The notes: generated by a model from the sequence alone, not told the origin. DNA of 38,408 nt from a virus (IMGVR_UViG_3300002091_000055:1-38408); one strand, 5' to 3'; positions 6,378-15,001 are shown, counted from the stretch's first letter. Numbers and translations: made by a program.

Positions 6378-7645
6378 AACTAGTTTCCCTATTCGCAGGT
6401 GTAGGTGGCTTTGACATCGCAGCTGAACGGGCAGGTATTGAACCAAGTGTCATGTGTGAAATTGATCCACAAGCAGCAGGTGTTTTGAAACACCGTTTCC
6501 CAAACACAACCCTCATCAACGATGTGAAAGAGGTAACAGGTGACAAACTCAGAGAACTTGGACTTGACCCAAGGGCAACAATTATCACTGGCGGGTTTCC
6601 CTGCCAAGACCTCTCCATTGCAGGAAAGCAAGCAGGACTCGAAGGTGGCGAAAGGTCGTCGCTTTTCTTTGAAATTGTGCGAATCCTGCGGGAGTTCAAT
6701 CCCCAGTGGTTCATCCTTGAAAACGTCCCAGGCTTGCTGTCATCCAAAGGGGGACGGGACATGGGAATCGTCATCGGGAGTTTGGCTGAACTCGGGTACA
6801 GTTTCTCCTGGAGAATCTTGGACGCGCAAAACTTTGGAGTCCCCCAACGTCGCCGTCGTGTCTTCATTGTCGGACATCTTGGAGCCGATGCGACCAGAGC
6901 TGAGCAAGTATTGTTTGAGTCCGAGGGCGGCCGAAGGGATCTTGAGGCGGGCCACGCGCAGGGGAAAGACATTGCCGGAGACCTTGCACAAAGCACTGAC
7001 AGCAATAGTTTCAGGATGTTAGGTTTTGGTGATTACGAACCAGACGACACTGCGTCAGCGTTGAAGGCTCGCGATTACAAGGATGCTACCTACCTCGTTG
7101 TGCCCTACGTGACTTCACGTAGGGCACAAACCGACCAAGACGATGAGACCTGGGTGGAAAGCAACGTCACCCCAACGCTGAACAGGATGGACAACACCGG
7201 CGAATCTCGTGCCACTGTCCTAATGATTGACGGCACACGAGTCGGCGATGTTCGTATCACCGAAGGCCAAACCATGCAGACCGTGATAAGTCGATGGGGT
7301 ACTGGTGGCAACAACGTACCAATGGTTGAGACCAACACGCAACGTATTGATGTTTTTGATAGACAGTTTGGTTCAAATGCACAAGTGTTTAACAATATTT
7401 CTCCTACATTAAAGCATAGTCAGCAGTCACCCTCGGTGGCTTTACCAACAATTGTTCGCCGGTTGACACCAATGGAATGTGAACGGCTGCAAGGATTCCC
7501 CGATGGCTGGTCAGCGCAACGCATAGATCACAAGAAGGGCGTTGTTGTCGATCAAGCTGACTCGTCCAGGTACAAGCAAATGGGCAACGCTGTCGCTGTC
7601 CCTGTCGTTGAATGGATTATGAATCGAATTATGCAACAGTCATAA
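6374..7645 (+). CDS. DNA (cytosine-5)-methyltransferase
   Basis: Motifs I SLFAGVGG, IV GGFPCQDLS, VI ENVPGL, VIII QRRRRVFIVG, IX RRLTPMECERLQGFP, X YKQMGNAV. Confidence 0.95.
   Translation: MKLVSLFAGVGGFDIAAERAGIEPSVMCEIDPQAAGVLKHRFPNTTLINDVKEVTGDKLRELGLDPRATIITGGFPCQDLSIAGKQAGLEGGERSSLFFEIVRILREFNPQWFILENVPGLLSSKGGRDMGIVIGSLAELGYSFSWRILDAQNFGVPQRRRRVFIVGHLGADATRAEQVLFESEGGRRDLEAGHAQGKDIAGDLAQSTDSNSFRMLGFGDYEPDDTASALKARDYKDATYLVVPYVTSRRAQTDQDDETWVESNVTPTLNRMDNTGESRATVLMIDGTRVGDVRITEGQTMQTVISRWGTGGNNVPMVETNTQRIDVFDRQFGSNAQVFNNISPTLKHSQQSPSVALPTIVRRLTPMECERLQGFPDGWSAQRIDHKKGVVVDQADSSRYKQMGNAVAVPVVEWIMNRIMQQS
6540..7022 (+). CDS. Overprinted ORF in the +1 frame of the methyltransferase (beta-polypeptide-like)
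   Basis: 160 open codons; C-terminus SSLSDILE...KYCLSPRAAEGILRRATRRGKTLPETLHKAL looks like real protein; start uncertain. Confidence 0.55.
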   Translation: MTNSENLDLTQGQQLSLAGFPAKTSPLQESKQDSKVAKGRRFSLKLCESCGSSIPSGSSLKTSQACCHPKGDGTWESSSGVWLNSGTVSPGESWTRKTLESPNVAVVSSLSDILEPMRPELSKYCLSPRAAEGILRRATRRGKTLPETLHKALTAIVSGC

Positions 7646-7738
7646 ACTATGCTATTGTTTAATTGTTGCCGGAACTCACCATCCCCCCCGTTGGTGAACC
7701 AACGGCACACCACCCTAATGAGCACGGGGTGGAAGTAC

Positions 7739-7780
7739 AAGACCCGTCAGCTACCCTAACCGGCTGGCGGGTCTTTACTT
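7739..7780 (+). terminator. Terminator-like hairpin between the convergent early and replication operons
   Basis: 14-bp stem AAGACCCGTCAGCT/GGCTGGCGGGTCTT with two G-U pairs, 9-nt loop ACCCTAACC, short T-rich tail. Confidence 0.75.
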
Positions 7781-8465
7781 ATTCAACATCACGTCTGGTT
7801 TGCACCACAGCCTGAGAGTTAGACATCACCCTGCGTGAACCAATACCATCCCAAGGTGTTTCACCACCAGTAAGATCAATGATCCTTTCAATGGCACGAT
7901 CAACACGGGCCTTAAGCGCGTGAACAGTTATTTGCAAGTCTATTGCAGCAAGTTCCTCAGGCATCTCATGCACATACAATAATTGCAAAGCTGCTTGCTG
8001 ATCAGTTGACAGTTTAGGTATGGCTTTAAGAATATCTATTGCCATTGCAGGAAGATTGTTACCGGTGCTTGGCTCCCGTGGTGGTTTACGGCCACCCTCA
8101 GGTTCACCGCGCAAAGTTTCACGCCACGAACCATCAAACACAATGGGCAACAGTTCTCGAATGATACCTTTGTTGAAGAACCATTCATCGGTGTGATGGT
8201 AACCTAATGATTGGGCTTTCATTTTCCGGCAAAATCGTTCACTTTGTTTGTGCATACGTTTGTTCATAATCCAAATGTTTGTTTTAAGAACTTTCGGATC
8301 TTCAACGCTAAGCCACTCATCAACACGCCTATGGTTGTGGTAGCCCCACTCAATCAGATCGGATCGAATATCATCAGCCTCAACATAACCCGAATACTTT
8401 CGGGCAAGACTGATAGCAACAGGGTAAGCGTGCTGCAAATAGTCTGGGTGCAAATGGGTGGTCAT
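7779..8465 (-). CDS. RNA polymerase sigma-70-like factor / sigma region 4 HTH protein
   Basis: Region 2-like AISLARKY...EADDIRSDLIEW; region 4-like LSTDQQAALQLLY...LAAIDLQITVHALKARVDRAIERI. Confidence 0.7.
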   Translation of the reverse strand: MTTHLHPDYLQHAYPVAISLARKYSGYVEADDIRSDLIEWGYHNHRRVDEWLSVEDPKVLKTNIWIMNKRMHKQSERFCRKMKAQSLGYHHTDEWFFNKGIIRELLPIVFDGSWRETLRGEPEGGRKPPREPSTGNNLPAMAIDILKAIPKLSTDQQAALQLLYVHEMPEELAAIDLQITVHALKARVDRAIERIIDLTGGETPWDGIGSRRVMSNSQAVVQTRRDVE

Positions 8466-9217
8466 TTTGCACCACGCATCTCAGTACCACGAAGCTGAGA
8501 CTTACCCTTAGACCATGAACCACAGTCACGGCACTGGTATCTCTGATACACCGCAGTGGTGGTGTATGCCTGACCACGTTTGGTTAGCCTGCTGCCACCA
8601 CAGCGAGGGCAACAGCCCTCAGCCCCACCGTAAAGCTCATGCGATGGGTGGTCTTTGATCCACGAACCGAGCCGGTCATACAGTTTCTCAGTTAATCGAA
8701 CATCTTGGATATTGTATTTTTTCATCAACGCCCAGGCTTTCACGTCACCAGCCATGCACTTGACCCACAGATCGTGCCCTGTGTGCGGTGTCTTTTGTCC
8801 GATACCCAATTGATCGGAAACGTGTTGCAGCTTGTTTGATGGGAAACGGAATTGCGACTTGACCACCTTGAGCAAGTCCACGTTCCTGAACGGGCTTGGC
8901 GGGTTCATACCAGCAAGAATAAATTCTCGCTGAAAATGTTTGATATCAAACGTGACACCATTGTAAGTAACAACAATGTCGGCCTCATCAAGCAACCTAT
9001 GCGCCTGCTTCACCATTTTGGCATGACCATCGTGGTGGTCTGAATAAAACTCTACGTTCCTCTCGCCGTACCACTTAGCGGCGAAAGAGATCATGGACGT
9101 GGTGTCCATCAGTTGCGATAAGGATACGTTCTGCTGCCACAATCCCCAAACGTGAGCTAGGTTTGGACTGGTCTCTATGTCCGTGATTAGGATGCGTGGC
9201 TTGTTTGTTTCCGGCAT
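8462..9217 (-). CDS. RNase H-fold (DEDD) 3'-5' exonuclease with C-terminal zinc ribbon
   Basis: ITDIETSP, TYNGVTFD, YNIQDV; CPRCG...YQCRDCG; start at 9217 (MPETNK) preferred. Confidence 0.85.
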   Translation of the reverse strand: MPETNKPRILITDIETSPNLAHVWGLWQQNVSLSQLMDTTSMISFAAKWYGERNVEFYSDHHDGHAKMVKQAHRLLDEADIVVTYNGVTFDIKHFQREFILAGMNPPSPFRNVDLLKVVKSQFRFPSNKLQHVSDQLGIGQKTPHTGHDLWVKCMAGDVKAWALMKKYNIQDVRLTEKLYDRLGSWIKDHPSHELYGGAEGCCPRCGGSRLTKRGQAYTTTAVYQRYQCRDCGSWSKGKSQLRGTEMRGAK

Positions 9218-9273
9218 CAGATGCCTTCCGTTAAGTAGCCCCCAGGTGCAGGGCAAATCGTTGTGTAGTTGGG

Positions 9274-9726
9274 TTAAATGTCGTCAATGATTTCAATGTT
9301 GGCAATGTAACCAACAATATCAACCAAGTTATCTTTCTTTTCAAGGTTCGCTTCACGACTAATCTTTTGCAAGATGTTCAGGAAACAAACATCCCTGGCA
9401 TCAAGGTCAAAATCAAGATCGTATTTGCGGTTCAGGTAAGCAGTCCAAAGTTCTGCTGTGCAACCATGATTATCCAACGGGTGACCGTAAGTGTCTTGCC
9501 TATCACCGTTAACAATCTCATCAGCTTCACGCAAAACCTTTGACTGAACTGCCCTGACTTCTCGAATGTTCCATTCGTGTGGGTCAACTTCACGTTTCAG
9601 CTTTGGACTGGTGGTACCTGAACTAAAACCTTGCCACTTGGCTGATCCGATTTTACTACCTGAAACCCAAGATCGCGGAGAAGGTTCAGCACCTGCTCCC
9701 ATTCCGTTCGAGTCACTCACAATCAT
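9274..9726 (-). CDS. DUF6378-like protein (all-alpha nucleotide pyrophosphatase-like)
   Basis: VLREADEIVNGDRQDTYGHP...AELWTAYL...KISR...DNLVDIVGY. Confidence 0.65.
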   Translation of the reverse strand: MIVSDSNGMGAGAEPSPRSWVSGSKIGSAKWQGFSSGTTSPKLKREVDPHEWNIREVRAVQSKVLREADEIVNGDRQDTYGHPLDNHGCTAELWTAYLNRKYDLDFDLDARDVCFLNILQKISREANLEKKDNLVDIVGYIANIEIIDDI

Positions 9727-9740
9727 CCGTCCTTTCGTTA

Positions 9741-10454
9741 TTAGAAGGGTGGTTCATCTTCATCAACTGGTGGCTTGAGTAAGTCCAAGACGTACTGCGG
9801 CCCTTGCTTTAACACTGTGCTATTCAAATCTTCACCTGCTGGCAAGTAAATAATCCTTGCCCAAGGTAGTGCGTCAATGATCCTGTTAGCCAAACGCAGC
9901 CCAGGGTTCTCGCCGTTCTCCTTCACATCATTATCAGCCATGATGTATATATTCTCAAAGCCTTCAAAACAGCGCGTGAAGTAATCCTTCCACATTTCCA
10001 CACCCGCAACACCAACAGATGCAATACCAACCACCGAATCCATAACGAGGGCATCAAGTTCACCCTCACAAATGGCAATGGCAGTATCCGAGTTGTGAAA
10101 CGCACGCACATTGAACAAGTGTGGTCTTTGACCCGCTGGCACTAGGTACTTTGGTTGCCTGTGTTCGTCAAGAAACCGAAACTTGAAACCCACCGGCCCT
10201 GTTGGGGTTAGGTAGGGAATAGACAGCATCCCCTGGTATGGTTCATGTCCTGGTTCAGGCACTTCCACGCTTCCAAGCCGGTAGTTGCTTATGGCTTGCT
10301 CGTCCAGTCCCCTTTCTAGCAGATAAGAATGAGCCTTCTCGGACAACTGCTTCTCGTAAGCTTTGGTAGCCCTCTCCTGTGATTTCTTCGACAAGCCTGA
10401 CGGCAGTATTGAAGTCACAACACTCCTGTTCCCTAACAATAGATATGGCATCAC
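9741..10454 (-). CDS. DNA primase, catalytic TOPRIM part
   Basis: YLLERGL, SIPYLTPTG, KFRFL, ICEGELDAL, MADND, GEDLNS; true start may lie about 20 codons downstream. Confidence 0.85.
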   Translation of the reverse strand: MMPYLLLGNRSVVTSILPSGLSKKSQERATKAYEKQLSEKAHSYLLERGLDEQAISNYRLGSVEVPEPGHEPYQGMLSIPYLTPTGPVGFKFRFLDEHRQPKYLVPAGQRPHLFNVRAFHNSDTAIAICEGELDALVMDSVVGIASVGVAGVEMWKDYFTRCFEGFENIYIMADNDVKENGENPGLRLANRIIDALPWARIIYLPAGEDLNSTVLKQGPQYVLDLLKPPVDEDEPPF

Positions 10455-10617
10455 CCTTGATGCCGCAGGTGAAGCAGTAAAACAATCCTTTATCTGGGTT
10501 CACGGTTGCACTTGCGTGCTTATCACCGTGAAACGCACATTTGACGGACTTGTTTCCACCGTGATCTGGTACACGGTCAAACCCGTAATGGGTTAGAACA
10601 CTAGTTATTACGCTCAT
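10255..10617 (-). CDS. DNA primase, CHC2 zinc-binding part
   Basis: CAFHGDKHASA...FYCFTCGIKGDAISIVREQE. Confidence 0.85.
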   Translation of the reverse strand: MSVITSVLTHYGFDRVPDHGGNKSVKCAFHGDKHASATVNPDKGLFYCFTCGIKGDAISIVREQECCDFNTAVRLVEEITGEGYQSLREAVVREGSFLSARKGTGRASHKQLPAWKRGSA

Positions 10618-10990
10618 CTAGCCCACTCATCAAATGCAATAGTTGGTGCAATGGGATCACACACATAGCGTCAAGGGTGCTGCGTTGCCTCATCTTACGA
10701 ACAACAACACCAAACACCCTGCCCCTGTTCCCTCTAACCTCAGACCAGTTTCCTGCTTCGAGTTCTGCCTGGCGTAACCAGTTGGCCCACTCAGGTGTCT
10801 TAACATCCTTAGCCTCAAGCACCAGTACTGTGTGGCCAAGGTCAATGTGAAGATCGCCTTCATCCTTGGCACCGGTCTGGGCAGTACGTTCCACTGCCCA
10901 ACCATTCTGTGCCATACCCACCCAGCCACGAATGTGACCGAGAAGGTCTGTTTCAAACTTGGTTCCTTTACGCTTGTTCGCTGAACTCAT
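10601..10990 (-). CDS. Holliday junction resolvase (PD-(D/E)XK type)
   Basis: KRKGTKFE...ERTAQTGAKDEGDL...VLEAKD...WLRQAELEA. Confidence 0.75.
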   Translation of the reverse strand: MSSANKRKGTKFETDLLGHIRGWVGMAQNGWAVERTAQTGAKDEGDLHIDLGHTVLVLEAKDVKTPEWANWLRQAELEAGNWSEVRGNRGRVFGVVVRKMRQRSTLDAMCVIPLHQLLHLMSGLDERNN

Positions 10991-11847
10991 ACCACACTAT
11001 CCCAAAACTGTTGAAGTGCTGGTGCCAGTTGCACCGCTGGTGCAGATAAAGAAGATTGGTAATCCATTGCGTCCTGAATCTGCATCCGTGGTGCATCCAC
11101 AAACAGGGACACATGGCTACGGGCTTGTGCATCGGCTGGCCCTGAACGGTTCTTAACAGTGGCAACCTTAAGTTCCCTAGCCATCTCATCGTAAGCCAAG
11201 GTGAGGATTACTTCTGGGAGCTGCGAGACTTTACCAAGGATCGCTTTACGCGGGGGGCATTCGCCAGGATTGGACGTGTTCTCACTGACGTGGTGGAGCA
11301 GGATGATCCCTGCTTCCGTTGAACGGGCAACGTGGTGCAATGCCCGACTGATCTCACGCATACCGGCATACTCATCCAAATGTTCGGCCACTACATTGTA
11401 GAGGGAATCAATAACAATGATCTCTGGTGGGCAACCCCACATTTCGGTGAACGCCATCGTCTCAAGATCAATGTCGTCCAACGTGGGTGAAGGGTCAAAG
11501 CACCAACGAATGTTTTGCAAACCAGTAACCTGATCCACATAGTAACCAGCCCCACCATTACTGATACCAGCTTCAACAATGTCCACCTGATCGCCTGTCA
11601 ACATGGCCGCGACACGGTTCACAATGGTGGAAGCATCCGTGTCTGCACTAAAAAACAGGGTAGGAATGTTGTGCTGTGCCACATACCACAATGCAAGCAA
11701 AGTTTTCATGTTGCCTGGTGCTGCCGCGATCATGGTCACTTGTCCACGTCGAAGCCTCACGCCTGCTTGTTTCAAACTTGGTGTCAAGTCAGGCAGTGGC
11801 CTGCCTGACTCACCACTAAGCATGATGGTTTGGGCTAAAGACTTCAT
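10987..11847 (-). CDS. DnaB-like replicative helicase (ATPase domain only)
   Basis: Walker A AAPGNMKT, FFSAD, Walker B IIVID, LLHH, KNRSGP. Confidence 0.85.
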   Translation of the reverse strand: MKSLAQTIMLSGESGRPLPDLTPSLKQAGVRLRRGQVTMIAAAPGNMKTLLALWYVAQHNIPTLFFSADTDASTIVNRVAAMLTGDQVDIVEAGISNGGAGYYVDQVTGLQNIRWCFDPSPTLDDIDLETMAFTEMWGCPPEIIVIDSLYNVVAEHLDEYAGMREISRALHHVARSTEAGIILLHHVSENTSNPGECPPRKAILGKVSQLPEVILTLAYDEMARELKVATVKNRSGPADAQARSHVSLFVDAPRMQIQDAMDYQSSLSAPAVQLAPALQQFWDSVV

Positions 11848-12014
11848 GCCTTATGCCACCAGCGTTTAGGAACTGGCCGCCCACCTGTTTGTACAAAGGT
11901 CACAAGGGCTTGACGGATAACATTTGATGCTGTCGTTTTTTTCTCGTTAGCAAGATCAACAATGGCATCCCAAATCTCATCGTTGATACGAACATTGCGA
12001 ATTGGTGTGTTCAC
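11844..12014 (-). CDS. Ribbon-helix-helix DNA-binding protein, not in ORF track
   Basis: 56 aa (M)NTPIRNVRINDEIWDAIVDLANEKKTTASNVIRQALVTFV...; overlaps both neighbours by 4 nt. Confidence 0.75.
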   Translation of the reverse strand: MNTPIRNVRINDEIWDAIVDLANEKKTTASNVIRQALVTFVQTGGRPVPKRWWHKA

Positions 12015-12205
12015 TTACGCCACCAACGCTTCTTGTCATACACAGCTTGCTCAAGGTTGTGCAACTGGTTCCAAAGAATGTCAACAATGTCGTTGAGCAA
12101 ATCCAGTTCCTCAGCAACAGAAGCCAACTGGTAATCCGTTTCGAACTCTAAACCTTTAAGCGTTAACCGCTTATCAGATTGGGTAATCTTCTTGGCCTTG
12201 GCCAT
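12011..12205 (-). CDS. Hypothetical coiled-coil protein
   Basis: 64 aa, AAGGAG RBS. Confidence 0.65.
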   Translation of the reverse strand: MAKAKKITQSDKRLTLKGLEFETDYQLASVAEELDLLNDIVDILWNQLHNLEQAVYDKKRWWRK

Positions 12206-12554
12206 CTTGAATTCTCCTTCTAATTTGTTCCATCATTTGTTTAGCGTTTGATTGCATAGCAACATTCGGGTCACCATCAACCAGTAGAGCAATCATTGAA
12301 GCGTAAGCATCACTCATGCCCATCAAATACACGCGCATCTTCATGGAACCAAGTGAACCATCAACATATCTTGTGGCAAGTGAGCTCGCCTGGTCACGGA
12401 AATCTTCAAGCAGCTCAATAAAATCAACGGTCTCATCCATCTCCCAATAACCCGCTTGGTCGCTCAATGAATCTACCGTCCTCGTGGGGTTGGTGTTGAC
12501 AGAAGCACGAATCGTACTGATCTTTTGGTCGAAGTACATCATCGCAATCCTCAT
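12174..12554 (-). CDS. Hypothetical protein
   Basis: 126 aa ORF within the operon; GAGGA RBS favours a start near 12542. Confidence 0.65.
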   Translation of the reverse strand: MRIAMMYFDQKISTIRASVNTNPTRTVDSLSDQAGYWEMDETVDFIELLEDFRDQASSLATRYVDGSLGSMKMRVYLMGMSDAYASMIALLVDGDPNVAMQSNAKQMMEQIRRRIQDGQGQEDYPI

Positions 12555-12584
12555 GCTTGTTGTAAGTACAAGGAGTACAAATCA

Positions 12585-12947
12585 TTACACAAACACCGGC
12601 TTACACTTGTTCGGGTCGTCCTTGTCTGTTGGGCAGAACCATGCAGACCAGGGGCCTTTTTGTGATGTGCCTTTGCGGTGAACACGTTGGCCGTGGGCAC
12701 ACGTTGGGATGCCTGTGTTGCCTTGACCTGTGTTTGGGGTTGCTACTGTTGCATCAGGGAAAGCGTCCGTGATTGCAGCGGGTATGGCTTGTTCACCGTT
12801 GTATTGCGCAATGAAATTTGCAACCGTTGGGAACATATTGAATGCTTCCAACCGTGTTAAAAAGGTCGCAGGGTCGTCTCCTCTAATGGTGAATAGGTCA
12901 CCTGCGATCTTGGTGGTGAAACTAATTGGTGCTTCAGCGTTACTCAT
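12585..12947 (-). CDS. Small protein with C-terminal Cys/His zinc finger, possible recombination or ssDNA-binding accessory
   Basis: CAHGQRVHRKG...WSAWFCP...CKP; directly downstream of the nuclease. Confidence 0.65.
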   Translation of the reverse strand: MSNAEAPISFTTKIAGDLFTIRGDDPATFLTRLEAFNMFPTVANFIAQYNGEQAIPAAITDAFPDATVATPNTGQGNTGIPTCAHGQRVHRKGTSQKGPWSAWFCPTDKDDPNKCKPVFV

Positions 12948-13795
12948 TTGGTTCCTTCCTTTTCTGTTTTGATTGGATCAAACTTATCAGCCAAACTACC
13001 GTTCACTGCGACACAATAGTTGGCAACACCACAACCCTTACACATGGATGTTACACGAGCTGGAAACAATTCAAGTTTAATGGCTTTGTCAACTTGAACA
13101 ATGGTATCTGTTAAAGATTCAAGATCAGTTGGGCTGAACCCTGTTGGGTCTGACAGTTCACCCTTCCTGGTCATGAAGAAAGCACCACAGTCAGGTGTTG
13201 GCAAACCAAGTTTGTCCATAGCGAACGCATACAACGCTAGTTGTTGGAATGTGTCTGGTGTTCTTGCGCCAGTCTTGTGATCAATGACCATAAGTTCACC
13301 GGTTGGTGTGTTCATCATCAAGTCAGCGTAACCTTTGATGGCCACACCACCAAAGTCCACGTTCAGTTCAATTTCGCAGGCAAGGTTACCGGCGAAGGAT
13401 GGCACCGACCAGCCCTCATCAATTCGATCATCAAACCATTTGGCAAACACTTGCAGTTGACGTAAACCTTCATCCACCCAGAAGGTGTAATCTTCGGCGT
13501 TTGGTTTGTCTTTGCTTTTACGCCCACCGGTACGCCAAGTGTTGCGATCAATGCCACTACGTTCCTCAAGCTTAACAATTTCTTCACTGAATGAGGTTGC
13601 CCACAATGGGAGTAATGCTTCACCACGTTGTTCAGGATCTTTGGTGATGGCTTCAAGGCCAGCGTGAACGGCACTACCTGCGGCCAAATACCAGGCTGGG
13701 GTTTCGGGAACCTTCACAATCCTGCTGAGTTGGTAAGATTTGGGGCAGTTCAAATATGATGTTATTTGCGAGTAAGACCTGTGACCTACACTCAT
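12944..13795 (-). CDS. RecB/Cas4-like PD-(D/E)XK exonuclease
   Basis: SYSQITSYLNCP, GSAVH, KGYADL, IDHKTG, QLALYA, C-terminal CKGC...C. Confidence 0.9.
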   Translation of the reverse strand: MSVGHRSYSQITSYLNCPKSYQLSRIVKVPETPAWYLAAGSAVHAGLEAITKDPEQRGEALLPLWATSFSEEIVKLEERSGIDRNTWRTGGRKSKDKPNAEDYTFWVDEGLRQLQVFAKWFDDRIDEGWSVPSFAGNLACEIELNVDFGGVAIKGYADLMMNTPTGELMVIDHKTGARTPDTFQQLALYAFAMDKLGLPTPDCGAFFMTRKGELSDPTGFSPTDLESLTDTIVQVDKAIKLELFPARVTSMCKGCGVANYCVAVNGSLADKFDPIKTEKEGTK

Positions 13796-14289
13796 GCTTG
13801 ACCACCAACCAACAACTTGATTTCTGACATACCCTTATCGGTAATAATCCCACCACAAAAACCAGGTTGGTTAGCCTCATGAAGAAGCCCACGATCCCTA
13901 GCCCTTTGAAGTCGGGCTTGAACCGCGCCAACAGTTAGCCCAAGTAAATGGGCGGTATCACTGGTTGGTTTGCGACTTCCACGCTTAATCGCAACCGTGT
14001 AAGCAAGGGCAGCAATAAGAGGTTTGCTATCTTTCCCCCGACCACCAGTCAAATCCAACAGTAGTTTGAGTAGGCCATGTACTTCGGTTGAATCTGAAGC
14101 CAAACCTGATCGAACTATTGATGCAAGAGGAAATCCCCTGAAAAGACGTACCGTCAAGACACTGTCTGCATTGGAGTCCGTGGATGGGGCAAGGTTTAAA
14201 CCAATAACCCTTGGAAAGGAATCTTCAACAGATTCAATCTGTATTTCGTAATCCCAATCCTGGTATGTTCCGGTCAATGTTTTGCTCAT
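13792..14289 (-). CDS. Hypothetical protein with C-terminal HTH-like segment
   Basis: KPTSDTAHLLGLTVGAVQARLQRARDRGLL. Confidence 0.65.
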   Translation of the reverse strand: MSKTLTGTYQDWDYEIQIESVEDSFPRVIGLNLAPSTDSNADSVLTVRLFRGFPLASIVRSGLASDSTEVHGLLKLLLDLTGGRGKDSKPLIAALAYTVAIKRGSRKPTSDTAHLLGLTVGAVQARLQRARDRGLLHEANQPGFCGGIITDKGMSEIKLLVGGQA

Positions 14290-14714
14290 TGTGTTTCCTT
14301 TGGGAGCATGGATTCTGCGATGGAAGTCAAAGCTTCCGAAACGCTTTTGCCAAGGTTGGCTTTGGTTGGGTTGCCTGATCGAATGGAGTCACCTGCAATT
14401 TTGCGTCCAGCGTTAGCAATATCGTTTGCGGTTGTGAAAGTGCAAACGTATGCGGCGGCTTTGGCAAGGTTGTCTAGTTGCTCCCTGTCAACTCCTTCAC
14501 CAGAAACATAGAACGGTGAATCTTCACTGAGCAGAACAGCTCGAAGAAATGCCATCGTTGGTGTCGGGTTGGATAATTCCTTTTCCGTGTCACCAAGGAA
14601 AGTGACAGGCGGATCAAGGGCTTCAAGGTTCTCAGCGGACAAAGGATCGTAGTCGTCCGGCCAAGGGTTGGCGTTGATTGCATCATCGGTTGGTGTTGTC
14701 ATGTTGGTAACCAT
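14286..14714 (-). CDS. Hypothetical protein, first gene of the replication operon
   Basis: ORF 14286..14738; ATG at 14714 has AAAGG upstream. Confidence 0.65.
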   Translation of the reverse strand: MVTNMTTPTDDAINANPWPDDYDPLSAENLEALDPPVTFLGDTEKELSNPTPTMAFLRAVLLSEDSPFYVSGEGVDREQLDNLAKAAAYVCTFTTANDIANAGRKIAGDSIRSGNPTKANLGKSVSEALTSIAESMLPKETQ

Positions 14715-14750
14715 AGTGCCTTTGTGAAGGTGACGCAAGTCACCCCCGAT

Positions 14751-14780
14751 TTGACGTGATCCGATTGGTGTGATTACAAT
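14751..14780 (+). promoter_or_regulatory. Housekeeping-sigma promoter for the rightward cassette
   Basis: TTGACG-18 nt-TACAAT. Confidence 0.55.
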
Positions 14781-14858
14781 AAAAAAAATAGTATTACTAA
14801 ACAGTAAAAGACCAGCCTTTAAGGGCTGGTCTAAGTTACTAACAGTTGTTTTTTGGTT

Positions 14859-14953
14859 ACTTTACTTCGTAATTATTACTAGGAGTTTTAATGAATGAAC
14901 TTGTTTCATGTACTGCCTGGTTTGTTAATTTCGATGGAGAGGAAATTCCCCTG
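14859..14953 (+). repeat. Direct repeat copy 1 (95 bp; lacks 21 bp present in copy 2)
   Basis: Matches 15778..15893 with 2 substitutions and a 21-bp gap bounded by CTGCCTG microhomology. Confidence 0.95.
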
Positions 14954-15001
14954 ATCACCCTGACCAAGTTTCTCATCGAAAAGGAAGAGGGAACGTCATG
15001 A
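14891..15001 (+). CDS. Chimeric 36-aa leader ORF created by the duplication
   Basis: AGGAG RBS; MNELVSCTAWFVNFDGEEIPLITLTKFLIEKEEGTS; TGA overlaps the next ATG. Confidence 0.4.
   Translation: MNELVSCTAWFVNFDGEEIPLITLTKFLIEKEEGTS

Noticed and set aside
11936-11942. Possible frameshift at the A7 run in the RHH gene
   Set aside because: On recount the gene reads through in frame
12944-13795. Cas4 as evidence of a CRISPR system
   Set aside because: Stand-alone RecB/Cas4-like nucleases are routine in phage replication modules
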